A stretch of 64,000 nt of DNA from Flavobacteriales bacterium (GCA_037443205.1 JBBIOU010000003.1:71309-135308); one strand, 5' to 3'. Counted from the stretch's first letter, positions 8,757-18,020 are shown. Made by a program: numbers and translations. Notes: generated from the sequence alone by a model not told the origin.

Positions 8757-9296
8757 TTAAACGTACCAGGGAGCAATCATTAAATATACAGCTACTCCGC
8801 TGATGGCCACATAAAACCACAAGGGAAAAGTTATTTTAGCTAATTTACGGTGTGCATCAAATTTTCTGCTCCATGCCTTTACGTAAGTAAACAGAACCAG
8901 CGGAATGATTATAACCGAAAGAGCAATATGACTTATCAATGTAAAATAATATACATAACGTATTATGCCTTTGCCCCCATAAGGAGTAGGATCGCTTGTA
9001 ATATGATATAACACATACATCAACAAGAATAAAGTAGAAAGCATGATGCATATTTTTATAATGTTTTCGTGTAGTTTTACCTTTTTATTTTTGATAGCCA
9101 TTAGTGCTGCCATTAATAAAATTGCTGTAAGTGCATTTATGCCTGCATATATTGGGGGTAAAAAAGAAAAATCAAAGCCTTTTATTTTAATTCTAAATAA
9201 AGCGGCAACAGCCAAAGGTATAATTACCGAAAGTGCAATAATTACTTTTTTATATTTTTTTTCGTAATCAACAGCGGTGGAGTTATTCATATTCAT
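8757..9296 (-). CDS. DUF420 membrane protein (cytochrome-oxidase-cluster associated)
   Basis: 179 aa with four TM helices. It holds the typical position next to SCO/cox genes in Bacteroidota. Confidence 0.75.
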   Translation of the reverse strand: MNMNNSTAVDYEKKYKKVIIALSVIIPLAVAALFRIKIKGFDFSFLPPIYAGINALTAILLMAALMAIKNKKVKLHENIIKICIMLSTLFLLMYVLYHITSDPTPYGGKGIIRYVYYFTLISHIALSVIIIPLVLFTYVKAWSRKFDAHRKLAKITFPLWFYVAISGVAVYLMIAPWYV

Positions 9297-9900
9297 GGTG
9301 TAATTTTTTTATATCGTTTATTAATTTATTTACAGATTCAGTAGAAGTTCCTTCATAAAGTCCTCTGATATGAAGTTCTTTATCAACCAATACAAAAATT
9401 TCTGAGTGCAGAAAACCACCAGCGGCTTTATCATCCTCCATAGCGTTAAGGTAATACCCGTTTCTACCCAAATCGTAAATTTCTTCTTTATTACCGGTAA
9501 GCAGATGCCAGTTGGTGGTATTGATGGCATTTTTTTCTGCGTATTGTTTAAGGCGGGCAATGCTGTCTCTGCGCGGGTCAACGGTAAACGACAAAATGAT
9601 TATATCAACATCTTTTAATTCGGCCTGCAAACGTTTTAGTTGCGAGGTCATTTTGGGGCAAATGGTTGGGCAGGAAGTAAAAAAGAAATCGGCAACATGT
9701 ATTTTGCCTTTTACTGTTTCATCACTAATAACATTACCGTCTTGATTAAAAAATGAAAAAGGAGGTATTTGATGGTATATACTATCTCCGTTTGCACTGA
9801 TTTGACGCGGGCCGTAATAGGGTAACTTATTGTTGTTTTTGCAGGCTGCTAAAATGCTAATCAGAATAAAAATATATATGTGTATCAGGTTAGTCCTCAT
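9283..9900 (-). CDS. SCO1/SenC copper chaperone lipoprotein
   Basis: Has a lipobox (LAAC), the CxxxC motif (SCPTICP) and the conserved His (GGFLHSEIFVLVD). Confidence 0.85.
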   Translation of the reverse strand: MRTNLIHIYIFILISILAACKNNNKLPYYGPRQISANGDSIYHQIPPFSFFNQDGNVISDETVKGKIHVADFFFTSCPTICPKMTSQLKRLQAELKDVDIIILSFTVDPRRDSIARLKQYAEKNAINTTNWHLLTGNKEEIYDLGRNGYYLNAMEDDKAAGGFLHSEIFVLVDKELHIRGLYEGTSTESVNKLINDIKKLHHEYE

Positions 9901-10540
9901 GGTATTCTTTTTTAAGCAATCGTATTTCTTTAATTAAGGTAACTAATTCAGTGCTGCGTGCCCCATCGTATATATTTCGCAGGTGTAAGTTTTTATCTAT
10001 AAGCAAAACAATTCGTTCAAAAAAAAGTTTGCCGGGTTGCTGTTCATCAGGCTTTTGTGTAAGTACTTTTCCTCCCATTTTTACCTGATAAAAAAAATGA
10101 GTAGTATCATTTATAAAAAACCAACGCGATGAGTCAACCTCCAGTCTTTTGTGCATATTCGTAATATCCGTGGGTGCAGATGCATCCAATATATTAGATA
10201 AAAATATTACGTCTTTCATTTTTCTGTTTAGAATTACTTCTTTATAAACAGCTGTTTTAAATTGCCCGATTGATATATTACAGGTATAAGGGCACGAAGC
10301 ATATAAATTACAAAATACAATAATTTTACCTTTTAGAAAATTCTCATCTATAAGTAAGTGATTATTGCCGATAAAAGAAAAGCCTTTGTACGTAAAGGGC
10401 AAAGAATCGCTTTGAGTTTCGCCTAAATAAGGTAATTTTTGAAAATTATGCTTACCGGTCGAAAAAAAATAAAATAAAGAAAACGGGCCGAAAACAATAA
10501 GGGCAAATAACAACAGTTTATTGCCTTTATTTTTCAGCAT
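9890..10540 (-). CDS. SCO-like thioredoxin-fold protein lacking the copper-ligand His
   Basis: Aligns with the neighbouring SCO. CxxxC is retained (SCPYTCN), but the His position reads KLFFERIVLLID. Confidence 0.7.
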   Translation of the reverse strand: MLKNKGNKLLLFALIVFGPFSLFYFFSTGKHNFQKLPYLGETQSDSLPFTYKGFSFIGNNHLLIDENFLKGKIIVFCNLYASCPYTCNISIGQFKTAVYKEVILNRKMKDVIFLSNILDASAPTDITNMHKRLEVDSSRWFFINDTTHFFYQVKMGGKVLTQKPDEQQPGKLFFERIVLLIDKNLHLRNIYDGARSTELVTLIKEIRLLKKEYHED

Positions 10541-10543
10541 AAA

Positions 10544-10918
10544 TTATTGAAATGTTTCTAAAGTCCAGTTTACGTAAACGCCTTCTGTTAAGCAAATAAA
10601 TATTAAATACAATACAAAAAGTGCATAAGGGGCAAGTATTACCCAGCGCAGCCATTTTCTTTCATCGCCCAGGTGCATAAACACCATTACGATGTAACCG
10701 GCTTTTACGATGGTTAATCCTATGTAAAATAATTTAATTCCAAACCAAATGTTTTCGCTAACGGCAGTACGCGGAAATTTAACTCCGATAAAAATTTCAA
10801 CAATGGTAATTACAGTAAGAATAAGGGTTGTAATCCAAATTTTTTTGCGGATTTTTTTTCCTTCTTCTTCGCTATGATGCGCATCCAGCGAATATTCAAT
10901 TATATCGTCTCTTTCCAT
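10544..10918 (-). CDS. cytochrome c oxidase subunit IV family protein (prokaryotic type)
   Basis: 124-aa protein with three TM helices, immediately downstream of the subunit III genes. Confidence 0.7.
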   Translation of the reverse strand: MERDDIIEYSLDAHHSEEEGKKIRKKIWITTLILTVITIVEIFIGVKFPRTAVSENIWFGIKLFYIGLTIVKAGYIVMVFMHLGDERKWLRWVILAPYALFVLYLIFICLTEGVYVNWTLETFQ

Positions 10919-10940
10919 AGGAGTGGGTTTTGGTTTTTAA

Positions 10941-11711
10941 TTATAGTAAGTAGAAGAACGTAAATACAAATACCCATACCAGGTCAACGAAGTGCCAGTA
11001 TAAGCCTGCTTTTTCTACCATTTCGTAGTGCCCGCGTTTGTGATATACGCCTTGTATTACCTGAATTAATACAATGATATTGATAATTACCCCGCTAAAC
11101 ACGTGAAAGCCGTGAAATCCGGTAATAAAGAAAAAAAACATTCCATAATGTTGAGGGCCGGGAGCACCAAGCATCACGTAGCCGTGTTCGTCATACATCA
11201 AAGCGCCTGTGGCATCGCGCATGGGAGCGAATGAATTATACCAAAGCGTAGCATTATCTCCATCAGGACCAAACTCCCAAAAAATACCGTTAGGCCCGGC
11301 TAAAAAAGTACTCCATTCCCAGGCTTGCGAACCTAAAAATATTATTCCTCCTACTACGGTTAATCCCAACCATTTTACTACTCCTTTTTTGTCCATTCTA
11401 TGCCCGGCTTCTACAGCAAGCACCATAGTTACCGATGACACTATAAGAATAAAGGTCATCAAGGCTACGTAAAGCAATGGTAAATGAGCGTGGGTAAACG
11501 GAAAGTGTGTAAAAACCTGTTCGCTCGAAGGCCAGTCACCGGTGTATGCATGACGGTGAAATCCATAAGCCGTAAGCAATCCTCCAAAGGTTAAAGCATC
11601 TGAAACCAAGAAGAACCACATCATTAATTTTCCGTAGCTTACGCTAAACGGAGAACCTTTGCCGCCCCAAAGGGTTGCCTGATCAATTTGTTTGGTAGCG
11701 TGTCCTGCCAT
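10941..11711 (-). CDS. cytochrome c oxidase subunit III
   Basis: Heme-copper oxidase subunit III signatures are present (..GFHGFHVFSG.., ..YWHFVDLVWVFVF..). Confidence 0.85.
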   Translation of the reverse strand: MAGHATKQIDQATLWGGKGSPFSVSYGKLMMWFFLVSDALTFGGLLTAYGFHRHAYTGDWPSSEQVFTHFPFTHAHLPLLYVALMTFILIVSSVTMVLAVEAGHRMDKKGVVKWLGLTVVGGIIFLGSQAWEWSTFLAGPNGIFWEFGPDGDNATLWYNSFAPMRDATGALMYDEHGYVMLGAPGPQHYGMFFFFITGFHGFHVFSGVIINIIVLIQVIQGVYHKRGHYEMVEKAGLYWHFVDLVWVFVFTFFYLL

Positions 11712-11738
11712 AAGTTGATATGAGAATTTGCTGCAAGT

Positions 11739-12494
11739 TTAATGAATAAATTGTAAAAACACATATAAAAATATCCATAGCAAGCCTAAAAAATGCCAGT
11801 AGGTTGCCAACAAATTAATTTTCAGGTAGTTTTGGTTATTTAGAGTGTTTCTAAAGGATTTTATCAAAATTACGGATAAGTATATCATACCTCCCAGCAA
11901 ATGCAGTAAATGCATAAAAGTAAGCAAATAAATAAATGAACTGGCAGTGTTTCGGTATAGTTTTAATTTATCGTAATGTTCTTTCAATAATTCTTCACCG
12001 GTATCGAAATAAAGTTTGCCGTTTTCGTAAATAAGTTCGCGGTTATTGAAAGATAAGGTAAAATCTTTGCCATACTCACCTTTTACAAAAAACTTATCGG
12101 GGTTCTCTCTGTCCATTATGGTATCTGTAAAAAAACAGCCTCTTGCCATGAGTTGTTTCCAGGCTATATACTGCGAAACACTAAAAGCCAATCCCGATAC
12201 AAAAGCCAACAGCAGGTAACTTTTAATGTGTTGCCTGTGATTTTTTTTTGTGGCATTTACGGCCAAAATAAGTGCCAGGCTGCCTGCTATTACAAATACG
12301 GTACTGATTAAAAACTGTACCGGTAAATTTATGTTCACCCAAAAACTTCCTCCTTTAGACACAATATAGGCACTGGTAAAACCTCCAAACAGCATAATAA
12401 TGCTGATAATGCCAATCCACAATAAGTTTTTAGATGCTTTAATTTGTTTTTCTTCAGTTGATAAATAAGACGCTTGCAGATTGTCATCACTCAT
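11739..12494 (-). CDS. cytochrome c oxidase subunit III-like protein (second paralog)
   Basis: The C-terminal ..HLLHLLGG.. and ..YWHFLGLLWIFLYVF.. stretches resemble subunit III. Confidence 0.7.
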   Translation of the reverse strand: MSDDNLQASYLSTEEKQIKASKNLLWIGIISIIMLFGGFTSAYIVSKGGSFWVNINLPVQFLISTVFVIAGSLALILAVNATKKNHRQHIKSYLLLAFVSGLAFSVSQYIAWKQLMARGCFFTDTIMDRENPDKFFVKGEYGKDFTLSFNNRELIYENGKLYFDTGEELLKEHYDKLKLYRNTASSFIYLLTFMHLLHLLGGMIYLSVILIKSFRNTLNNQNYLKINLLATYWHFLGLLWIFLYVFLQFIH

Positions 12495-12500
12495 AATTCC

Positions 12501-13424
12501 TTAAATTTTATCAATTACATAAATAAACTGCACGATAGGTAAGTAAACAAAAGAAACAAACATTAGTTTACGTGCGTCTTTGATGTCTTGCGTTAAATGC
12601 AAAGTATATGCATAGCGGTAAAAAACAAATCCGCAAAACATGCAAACAATTAAAGACCAAACACCCGAAATATTGGCCACCCAGGGTAAAGCAGAGGCAA
12701 TAATCATGGCGGCCGTATAAACTAATATCTGAAAACTACTGGATGGATTTCTGCCAAATTTGGAAGGTAATAAGCGATAGCCAGCCAGGCGGTAATCGTC
12801 ATCCAGCACCCAGGCTATTGCCCAAAAATGCGGAAACTGCCACATAAACTGCACTAAAAATAATATGCCCGGTGTAAGCCCAAAAACACCTGTAGAGGCT
12901 ACATAACCCAACATTGGTGGGATGGCTCCCGGAAAAGCTCCTACAAAAACGGCCCAAGGACTGATGCGTTTCATCGGGGTATATACAACTACATAAGTAA
13001 ACAATGCAAAAAAACCCAAAACAGCACTCAAAGGGTTTATTAGATACAGTAAATACAATCCCGCTACTCCCTGAATAAGCGATAAAACAAGTGCTTCATT
13101 TATGCTTAAAGTATGTTTAACCAAGGGACGGTTTTGTGTACGTTTCATCAGTTTATCGTATTCACGTTCTAAAATTTGATTTAAACCGTTAGAGCACCCG
13201 GTAACTAAAAATCCCCCTCCTATCAGTAATAAAAAATGCTGCAAATTAAATACGCTCCCTATCAAATAACCTGATGTGGCTGATATTACCACTAACACCG
13301 ATAGCCTGAGTTTGGTTAAAACAGCATACTCCTTTAAACGTAACCCCAAACTGATTTTAGGCTCTGCTATACCGTAGCTTTTATAATTCAAAATTTTAAT
13401 TTTTGGCAAAATTACACAAAACAT
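12501..13424 (-). CDS. cyoE: protoheme IX farnesyltransferase (heme O synthase)
   Basis: UbiA-family motifs are present (..NQILEREYDKLMKRTQNRPL..). A TAATTTTG box at 13414-13407 lies inside the 5' end of the ORF, so the real start is probably the in-frame TTG at 13391. Confidence 0.88.
   Translation of the reverse strand: MFCVILPKIKILNYKSYGIAEPKISLGLRLKEYAVLTKLRLSVLVVISATSGYLIGSVFNLQHFLLLIGGGFLVTGCSNGLNQILEREYDKLMKRTQNRPLVKHTLSINEALVLSLIQGVAGLYLLYLINPLSAVLGFFALFTYVVVYTPMKRISPWAVFVGAFPGAIPPMLGYVASTGVFGLTPGILFLVQFMWQFPHFWAIAWVLDDDYRLAGYRLLPSKFGRNPSSSFQILVYTAAMIIASALPWVANISGVWSLIVCMFCGFVFYRYAYTLHLTQDIKDARKLMFVSFVYLPIVQFIYVIDKI
13407..13414 (-). promoter_or_regulatory. -7 promoter box TAATTTTG for the cyoE-cox operon
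   Basis: Plus strand reads CAAAATTA. The box lies 16 nt upstream of the in-frame TTG at 13391. Confidence 0.4.
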
Positions 13425-13460
13425 ATTTATTTATTACCGCTAAATAATGCTTTGTTTTAT

Positions 13461-13567
13461 CCCGCATTAGGCATTAGCATGCGTAATGCTCACCTGATGG
13501 CGGATAACCCAAATCCCACCCCTTTGCCAAAGCACTCAGCATTAGAATATTGACAAAGTTTAAATTA
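13461..13567. repeat. mosaic intergenic repeat, copy 2 (core + one arm)
   Basis: CCCGCATTAGGCATTAGCATGCGTAATGCTCACCTGATGGCGGATAACCCAAATCC...CCTTTGCCAAAGCACTCAG matches 6392-6470 with a handful of substitutions. The arm-like GCATTAGAATATTGACAAAGTTTAAATT follows. Confidence 0.8.
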
Positions 13568-13717
13568 TATACTTACTGCTTAAGCCCGGAATACTTGCTT
13601 ATGGCTGTGAATTATATTGTAAATTTGAAATGAAATGTTTGTAAACAACCTGCCGGATTGTTATTCAAACAAAAAATTTAATTTATAAAGCATATGTTAA
13701 ATGCAATAATTAACTAA

Positions 13718-14296
13718 ATGTATAAATCTATTTCTTTTACTGCACTTTGTTTTATTTTGTTTACAAGCTCTCTCTTTGCCCAGGAAAAACTGGAAAAAGA
13801 AAGCCGGGTAAAATCTAAAAATGTTCCCTCAAATGCTGTTTCGTTTATAGACACGTTAAACTTAAATATTTGTGTAACGTGGTATCGTGAAACAGACATA
13901 AATTCGGTAAAATATGAAGCTAAGTTTATTTATAAACGCAAAAAATACAGCGTTGAGTTTGATTCGCTGGGCAACATTGAAGATATTGAGATTAAAATTT
14001 TACACACCGATCTTGATTCAAACCTGGCCTTGTCCATTAACACACAACTGAGTAAAAACTGTACCAAGCACAAAATCATTAAAGTTCAAAAACAACTAAG
14101 CGGCATGGCCAGCGATTTATCATACTCCTTAAAAACCGGTAAACTTAATGATGGAATGATTATCAAATACGAAATAGTTGCAAAATGTAAACAAAATAAA
14201 AAAGTTAATTTGTTTGAATATTTATTCAACAGCAAGGGACTAATAGAAAAAACTTCAAAAATTATATTTAAAAAAAGCAGCCATCTTGAATACTAA
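13718..14296 (+). CDS. secreted PepSY-like / beta-lactamase-inhibitor-fold-like protein (putative)
   Basis: Has a signal peptide (..LFTSSLFAQE). Contains repeated beta-rich modules of the type ..YEAKFIYKRKKYSVEFDSLGNIEDIE... Confidence 0.4.
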   Translation: MYKSISFTALCFILFTSSLFAQEKLEKESRVKSKNVPSNAVSFIDTLNLNICVTWYRETDINSVKYEAKFIYKRKKYSVEFDSLGNIEDIEIKILHTDLDSNLALSINTQLSKNCTKHKIIKVQKQLSGMASDLSYSLKTGKLNDGMIIKYEIVAKCKQNKKVNLFEYLFNSKGLIEKTSKIIFKKSSHLEY

Positions 14297-14969
14297 AGTT
14301 ATATATTGCTTTTTTGTTTCTCTTGTTTTTGCAAATGCAATATGGGGGCAAAAATATTCTCAAACCGGAATATTGCCCTCGATTAATTTTAACATGAAAT
14401 TAAAAAATGATTGGTCGCTAAATGCAAAAATAGAATCGCGAGTAATTTTTTATCAGAAAAAGGGCTTAGATGTAAACACTGATTATAATTATGAACTAAG
14501 CGATTTTTTGTTGATGGGAGCTAAAAAAGTGGGTTTAAACTCGCGACTTTCTACAGGATATCTTATGCGATTTGAAGAAATCAACTTTGTACAACGCTTT
14601 TTACAGCAAGTTGTTATTATTCAAAAATTATCAGGGCTTCGTTTAGCACACAGACTTTTATGCGATCAAACATTTTCAGAAACAGCCACTCCCGAATTCA
14701 GATTCAGATACCGCATAACCGGAGAGTTGCCATTGAACGGAACCTCAGTAGACCCGGGAGAATTTTATCTAAAAATTAATAACGAATACATTAACAGTTT
14801 ACAAGCCGGAACATACGACCTTGAAATTCGCGCAATACCTCTGCTAGGTTATGATATTTTAAATCAATATAAAATTGAAACAGGATTAGATTATAGAATA
14901 AGTACATTTTTAAACCAAAATACACAACAGGTTTACTGGTTTACGTTAAGTGTTTTTATTGAAATTTAA
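14286..14969 (+). CDS. DUF2490-like putative outer-membrane protein
   Basis: 227 aa with a signal peptide, alternating beta-strand pattern and C-terminal aromatic residues. Overlaps the upstream gene by 11 nt. TTG start. Confidence 0.4.
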   Translation: MNTKVIYCFFVSLVFANAIWGQKYSQTGILPSINFNMKLKNDWSLNAKIESRVIFYQKKGLDVNTDYNYELSDFLLMGAKKVGLNSRLSTGYLMRFEEINFVQRFLQQVVIIQKLSGLRLAHRLLCDQTFSETATPEFRFRYRITGELPLNGTSVDPGEFYLKINNEYINSLQAGTYDLEIRAIPLLGYDILNQYKIETGLDYRISTFLNQNTQQVYWFTLSVFIEI

Positions 14970-15082
14970 CAACCCTGTTTTACAAAAGATTTATTTATCC
15001 ATAAACACATCATTTACAATTCACATCATCTATAAATCAAAAAGTGCAAAAATATTTTTGACAGCGTAAATTATTTATCGTA

Positions 15083-15094
15083 ATATTGCAATAT
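15083..15094. promoter_or_regulatory. perfect 12-bp palindrome ATATTGCAATAT, candidate ArsR operator
   Basis: Lies 14 nt upstream of the arsR ATG and overlaps a near-consensus -7 box (TAATATTG). Confidence 0.35.
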
Positions 15095-15107
15095 AAAAAT
15101 ATAAATT

Positions 15108-15440
15108 ATGGGGGCTACAAAAACCGAACATTTTACCGATAAGCAAAACGAAATTGCTACTATAGCTAAAGCCCTGGGGCATCCTGCCAGGGTTGCCATT
15201 ATTGAATATTTACTGAAAGTAGACGCTTGCATTTGCGGTGACATTGTTAACGAATTGCCCCTGGCACAACCTACCGTTTCGCAACATTTAAAAGAACTTA
15301 AATCAGCCGGGCTAATCAAGGGAGAAATTGAAGGTAATGCTATTTGCTACTGTATTGACGAAAAAAATATTTATAAAATACTCAATTATTTTATGTCTGT
15401 TTCAAATAAACTAAATAAAAAAAAGAAAAACTGTTGTTAA
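15108..15440 (+). CDS. arsR: ArsR/SmtB-family metalloregulator
   Basis: Shows the HTH ..[19 protein letters not shown].. and a metalloid-site-like DACICGDIV. The C-terminus ends ..KKNCC. Confidence 0.9.
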   Translation: MGATKTEHFTDKQNEIATIAKALGHPARVAIIEYLLKVDACICGDIVNELPLAQPTVSQHLKELKSAGLIKGEIEGNAICYCIDEKNIYKILNYFMSVSNKLNKKKKNCC

Positions 15441-15459
15441 TTCTTTAAACCATTTCATT

Positions 15460-15927
15460 ATGAAACTTGCAGCCATCAAGAACATCTTGCCAAACTTAGA
15501 AAGAGTAGAATTTCAATTACCCAATGGAAATTTTGTGCCCGAACATTTTCATGTAACAGAAGTAGGCATTATAACCAAACACTTTATTGACTGCGGAGGA
15601 ACCGTAAGACAAGAAAAACTTGTTAATTTTCAATTGTGGAATGCCAACGATTTTGAGCATCGCTTAAAACCGCAAAAACTACTTCATATTATTAACCTTT
15701 CTGAAAAAATATTGGGTATTGAAGACCTTGAAATTGAAGTAGAATATCAGGCAGATACTATCGGTAAATACGGACTGGAATTTAACGGTAATCATTTTGT
15801 ACTTATTCCAAAACAAACAGCTTGCCTGGCAGCCGATTCCTGTGGTATACCGCAAGAAAAACATAAAATCAACCTTTCAGAATTAAAATCTAAAAATACC
15901 TGCAAGCCCGGCAGCGGCTGTTGCTGA
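15460..15927 (+). CDS. small ars-cluster protein (resembles the DUF6428 family, from memory) with Cys-rich C-terminal tail
   Basis: 155 aa. The last 37 residues hold five Cys and end ..CKPGSGCC. Positioned between arsR and acr3. Confidence 0.55.
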   Translation: MKLAAIKNILPNLERVEFQLPNGNFVPEHFHVTEVGIITKHFIDCGGTVRQEKLVNFQLWNANDFEHRLKPQKLLHIINLSEKILGIEDLEIEVEYQADTIGKYGLEFNGNHFVLIPKQTACLAADSCGIPQEKHKINLSELKSKNTCKPGSGCC

Positions 15928-15939
15928 TAATAATTTAGT

Positions 15940-16974
15940 ATGCAGCCTCAATTAAAATTTTTAGACAAATACCTCCCCCTTTGGATTTTCCTTGCAATGA
16001 CAACCGGTGTTGCATTGGGTTATTTCTTTACGGATATTCAAACTGTTTTTGAAAAATTATCGGTGGGTACAACCAACATACCCCTGGCTATCGGCTTAAT
16101 TCTTATGATGTATCCTCCCCTGGCTAAGGTTGACTATTCATTATTGCCCAAAGCATTAATGGATAAAAAAGCTATGATGCTTTCATTGTTTTTAAATTGG
16201 ATGATCGGGCCTGTATTAATGTTTGTGTTGGCCATAATATTTTTACGCAACGAACCCGATTATATGGTGGGGTTAATTCTGATTGGTTTAGCCCGTTGCA
16301 TAGCCATGGTAATTGTATGGAACGACCTGGCAAAAGGCAATCGCGAATATGCAGCCTTATTGGTAGCATTAAACAGTCTTTTTCAGCTTTTAACTTACAG
16401 TTTGTATGCCTGGTTGTTTATTACCGTTTTACCACCCAAATTAGGTTTAGGTAATTTTAATATGGTTGTGCCGATTAACGAGGTTGTACAAAGTGTATTT
16501 ATTTATTTGGGGATACCTTTTTTAGCAGGATTTTTAAGCAGAAAAATTTTAATACAATCAAAAGGCTTAAACTGGTACAATACCCAATTCATACCTAAAA
16601 TATCTCCGCTTACTTTGTATGCGCTGCTTTTTACCATTGTTTGTATGTTTAGTTTAAAAGGCAATAAAATTTTAGAACTACCTTTAGATGTGTTTAAAGT
16701 AGCTGTACCATTAATAATTTATTTTATATTAATGTTTTTTGTAAGTTTTTTTATTAATAAAAGCCTTCGTTTACCTTACGATAAAAATGCGGCTATTTCA
16801 TTTACGGCTACCGGAAATAATTTTGAACTGGCCATTGCAGTTGCCATTGCAGTTTTTGGAGTTCATTCGGCACAGGCATTTGCCGGGGTTATAGGCCCAT
16901 TGATAGAAGTGCCTGTTTTAATTGTTTTAGTAAAAGTAAGTTTGTTTCTTAAACATAAATTTTATTCGCAATGA
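15940..16974 (+). CDS. acr3: ACR3-family arsenite efflux permease
   Basis: About 10 TM helices. The conserved R-C-I-A-M-V motif is present ([13 protein letters not shown]). Confidence 0.9.
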   Translation: MQPQLKFLDKYLPLWIFLAMTTGVALGYFFTDIQTVFEKLSVGTTNIPLAIGLILMMYPPLAKVDYSLLPKALMDKKAMMLSLFLNWMIGPVLMFVLAIIFLRNEPDYMVGLILIGLARCIAMVIVWNDLAKGNREYAALLVALNSLFQLLTYSLYAWLFITVLPPKLGLGNFNMVVPINEVVQSVFIYLGIPFLAGFLSRKILIQSKGLNWYNTQFIPKISPLTLYALLFTIVCMFSLKGNKILELPLDVFKVAVPLIIYFILMFFVSFFINKSLRLPYDKNAAISFTATGNNFELAIAVAIAVFGVHSAQAFAGVIGPLIEVPVLIVLVKVSLFLKHKFYSQ

Positions 16975-17744
16975 AAATAGCATTATTCAGCGACATACAT
17001 GCAAACCTTCCGGCTTTGGAAGCGGTATTTAATGATTTGGAAAACCGACAGCCGGATGCTGTTTATTGTTTAGGCGATTTGGTAGGGTATAATATCTGGC
17101 CTAACGAAGTAATTAATGAAATCAGAAAAAAAGCTATTCCCACCATTGCCGGAAATTATGATTATGGCGTGGGCAGAAACTCTGATGATTGCGGCTGCGC
17201 CTATAAAACAGAGCAAGAAAAAAAAATGGGTGAACAATCCATTGCTTTTACAAATGCCCTGGTAAAACCATCCGAGCGCGAGTATTTAAGAACTTTACCG
17301 GCACATATCCGCTTAGAGTATCAACTAAATAATGACTCATTATTTTTACTTATGGTGCATGGCAGCCCCCGTAAAATAAATGAATATTTGTTTGAAGATC
17401 GCGATGAAAAAAGCATGATGCGTATCTTAGAAAATGCTCATGCCGACCTGATGTTTTTTGGACATACACACAAACCTTATCACCGAATTTTTGAATATCA
17501 ACAAGAGGGCAAAACAGCTTACCGGCATGCGATTAATATTGGTTCGGTGGGTAAACCTAAAGACGGTGATCCCAGAGCCTGCTATGTTATGCTTACCATA
17601 AACGAACACATCCATAAATACGATAAAAACAGCATCCATGTTGAATTTATTCGTGTGGCTTACGATATAGAAAAAGCAGCCAGAGCGATTGAAGAAAGTG
17701 TTTTACCCGATGCGTATGCCGATATGCTGCGAAAAGCTTACTGA
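16971..17744 (+). CDS. metallophosphoesterase (YfcE/MJ0936-like calcineurin-fold)
   Basis: Shows DIHAN, GDLVGY, GNYD and GHTH motifs. The ATG overlaps the acr3 stop (ATGA at 16971-16974). Confidence 0.85.
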   Translation: MKIALFSDIHANLPALEAVFNDLENRQPDAVYCLGDLVGYNIWPNEVINEIRKKAIPTIAGNYDYGVGRNSDDCGCAYKTEQEKKMGEQSIAFTNALVKPSEREYLRTLPAHIRLEYQLNNDSLFLLMVHGSPRKINEYLFEDRDEKSMMRILENAHADLMFFGHTHKPYHRIFEYQQEGKTAYRHAINIGSVGKPKDGDPRACYVMLTINEHIHKYDKNSIHVEFIRVAYDIEKAARAIEESVLPDAYADMLRKAY

Positions 17745-17882
17745 TTATGTAAGTAAGGTGCAAAACGGCATTAATACCTTTAGAATTATTAACCCCAAGG
17801 CAGCCCGCTTTTACATATGCCATGCTATGGGCGGCATTGGGTTTAACCCTAATTTAGTTTTTGATAGAATTTCTTACGTAAT

Positions 17883-18020
17883 AAACCCAAATTCAGCATT
17901 AGAAATTTGGATTTATTTCAAATTTTCCGCCAGAGGCGGACTGAGTGTGTTGAGTGTATTGTGGGAATTGGGTTATCCGCCATCAGGCGAGCATTACGCA
18001 TGCTAATGCGTAATGTGGGA
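17883..18020. repeat. mosaic intergenic repeat, copy 3 (inverted relative to copy 1)
   Basis: Reverse complement of 6391-6529. Carries the perfect hairpin CATTACGCAT-gcta-ATGCGTAATG. Confidence 0.85.

Noticed and set aside
8735-8759. Hairpin TAAGATAC-n9-GTATCTTA overlapping the DUF420 stop codon
   Set aside because: The stem is AT-rich with a 9-nt loop and no following T-run on the transcribed strand. The next gene (GT2) starts 42 nt downstream and may be co-transcribed.
17689-18006. 105-aa plus-strand ORF after the metallophosphoesterase gene
   Set aside because: It overlaps the 3' end of the metallophosphoesterase gene. It then runs straight through repeat copy 3, whose inverted copy at 6391-6529 is non-coding. 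The composition is odd and there is no start context, so it is most likely an artefact of the repeat.
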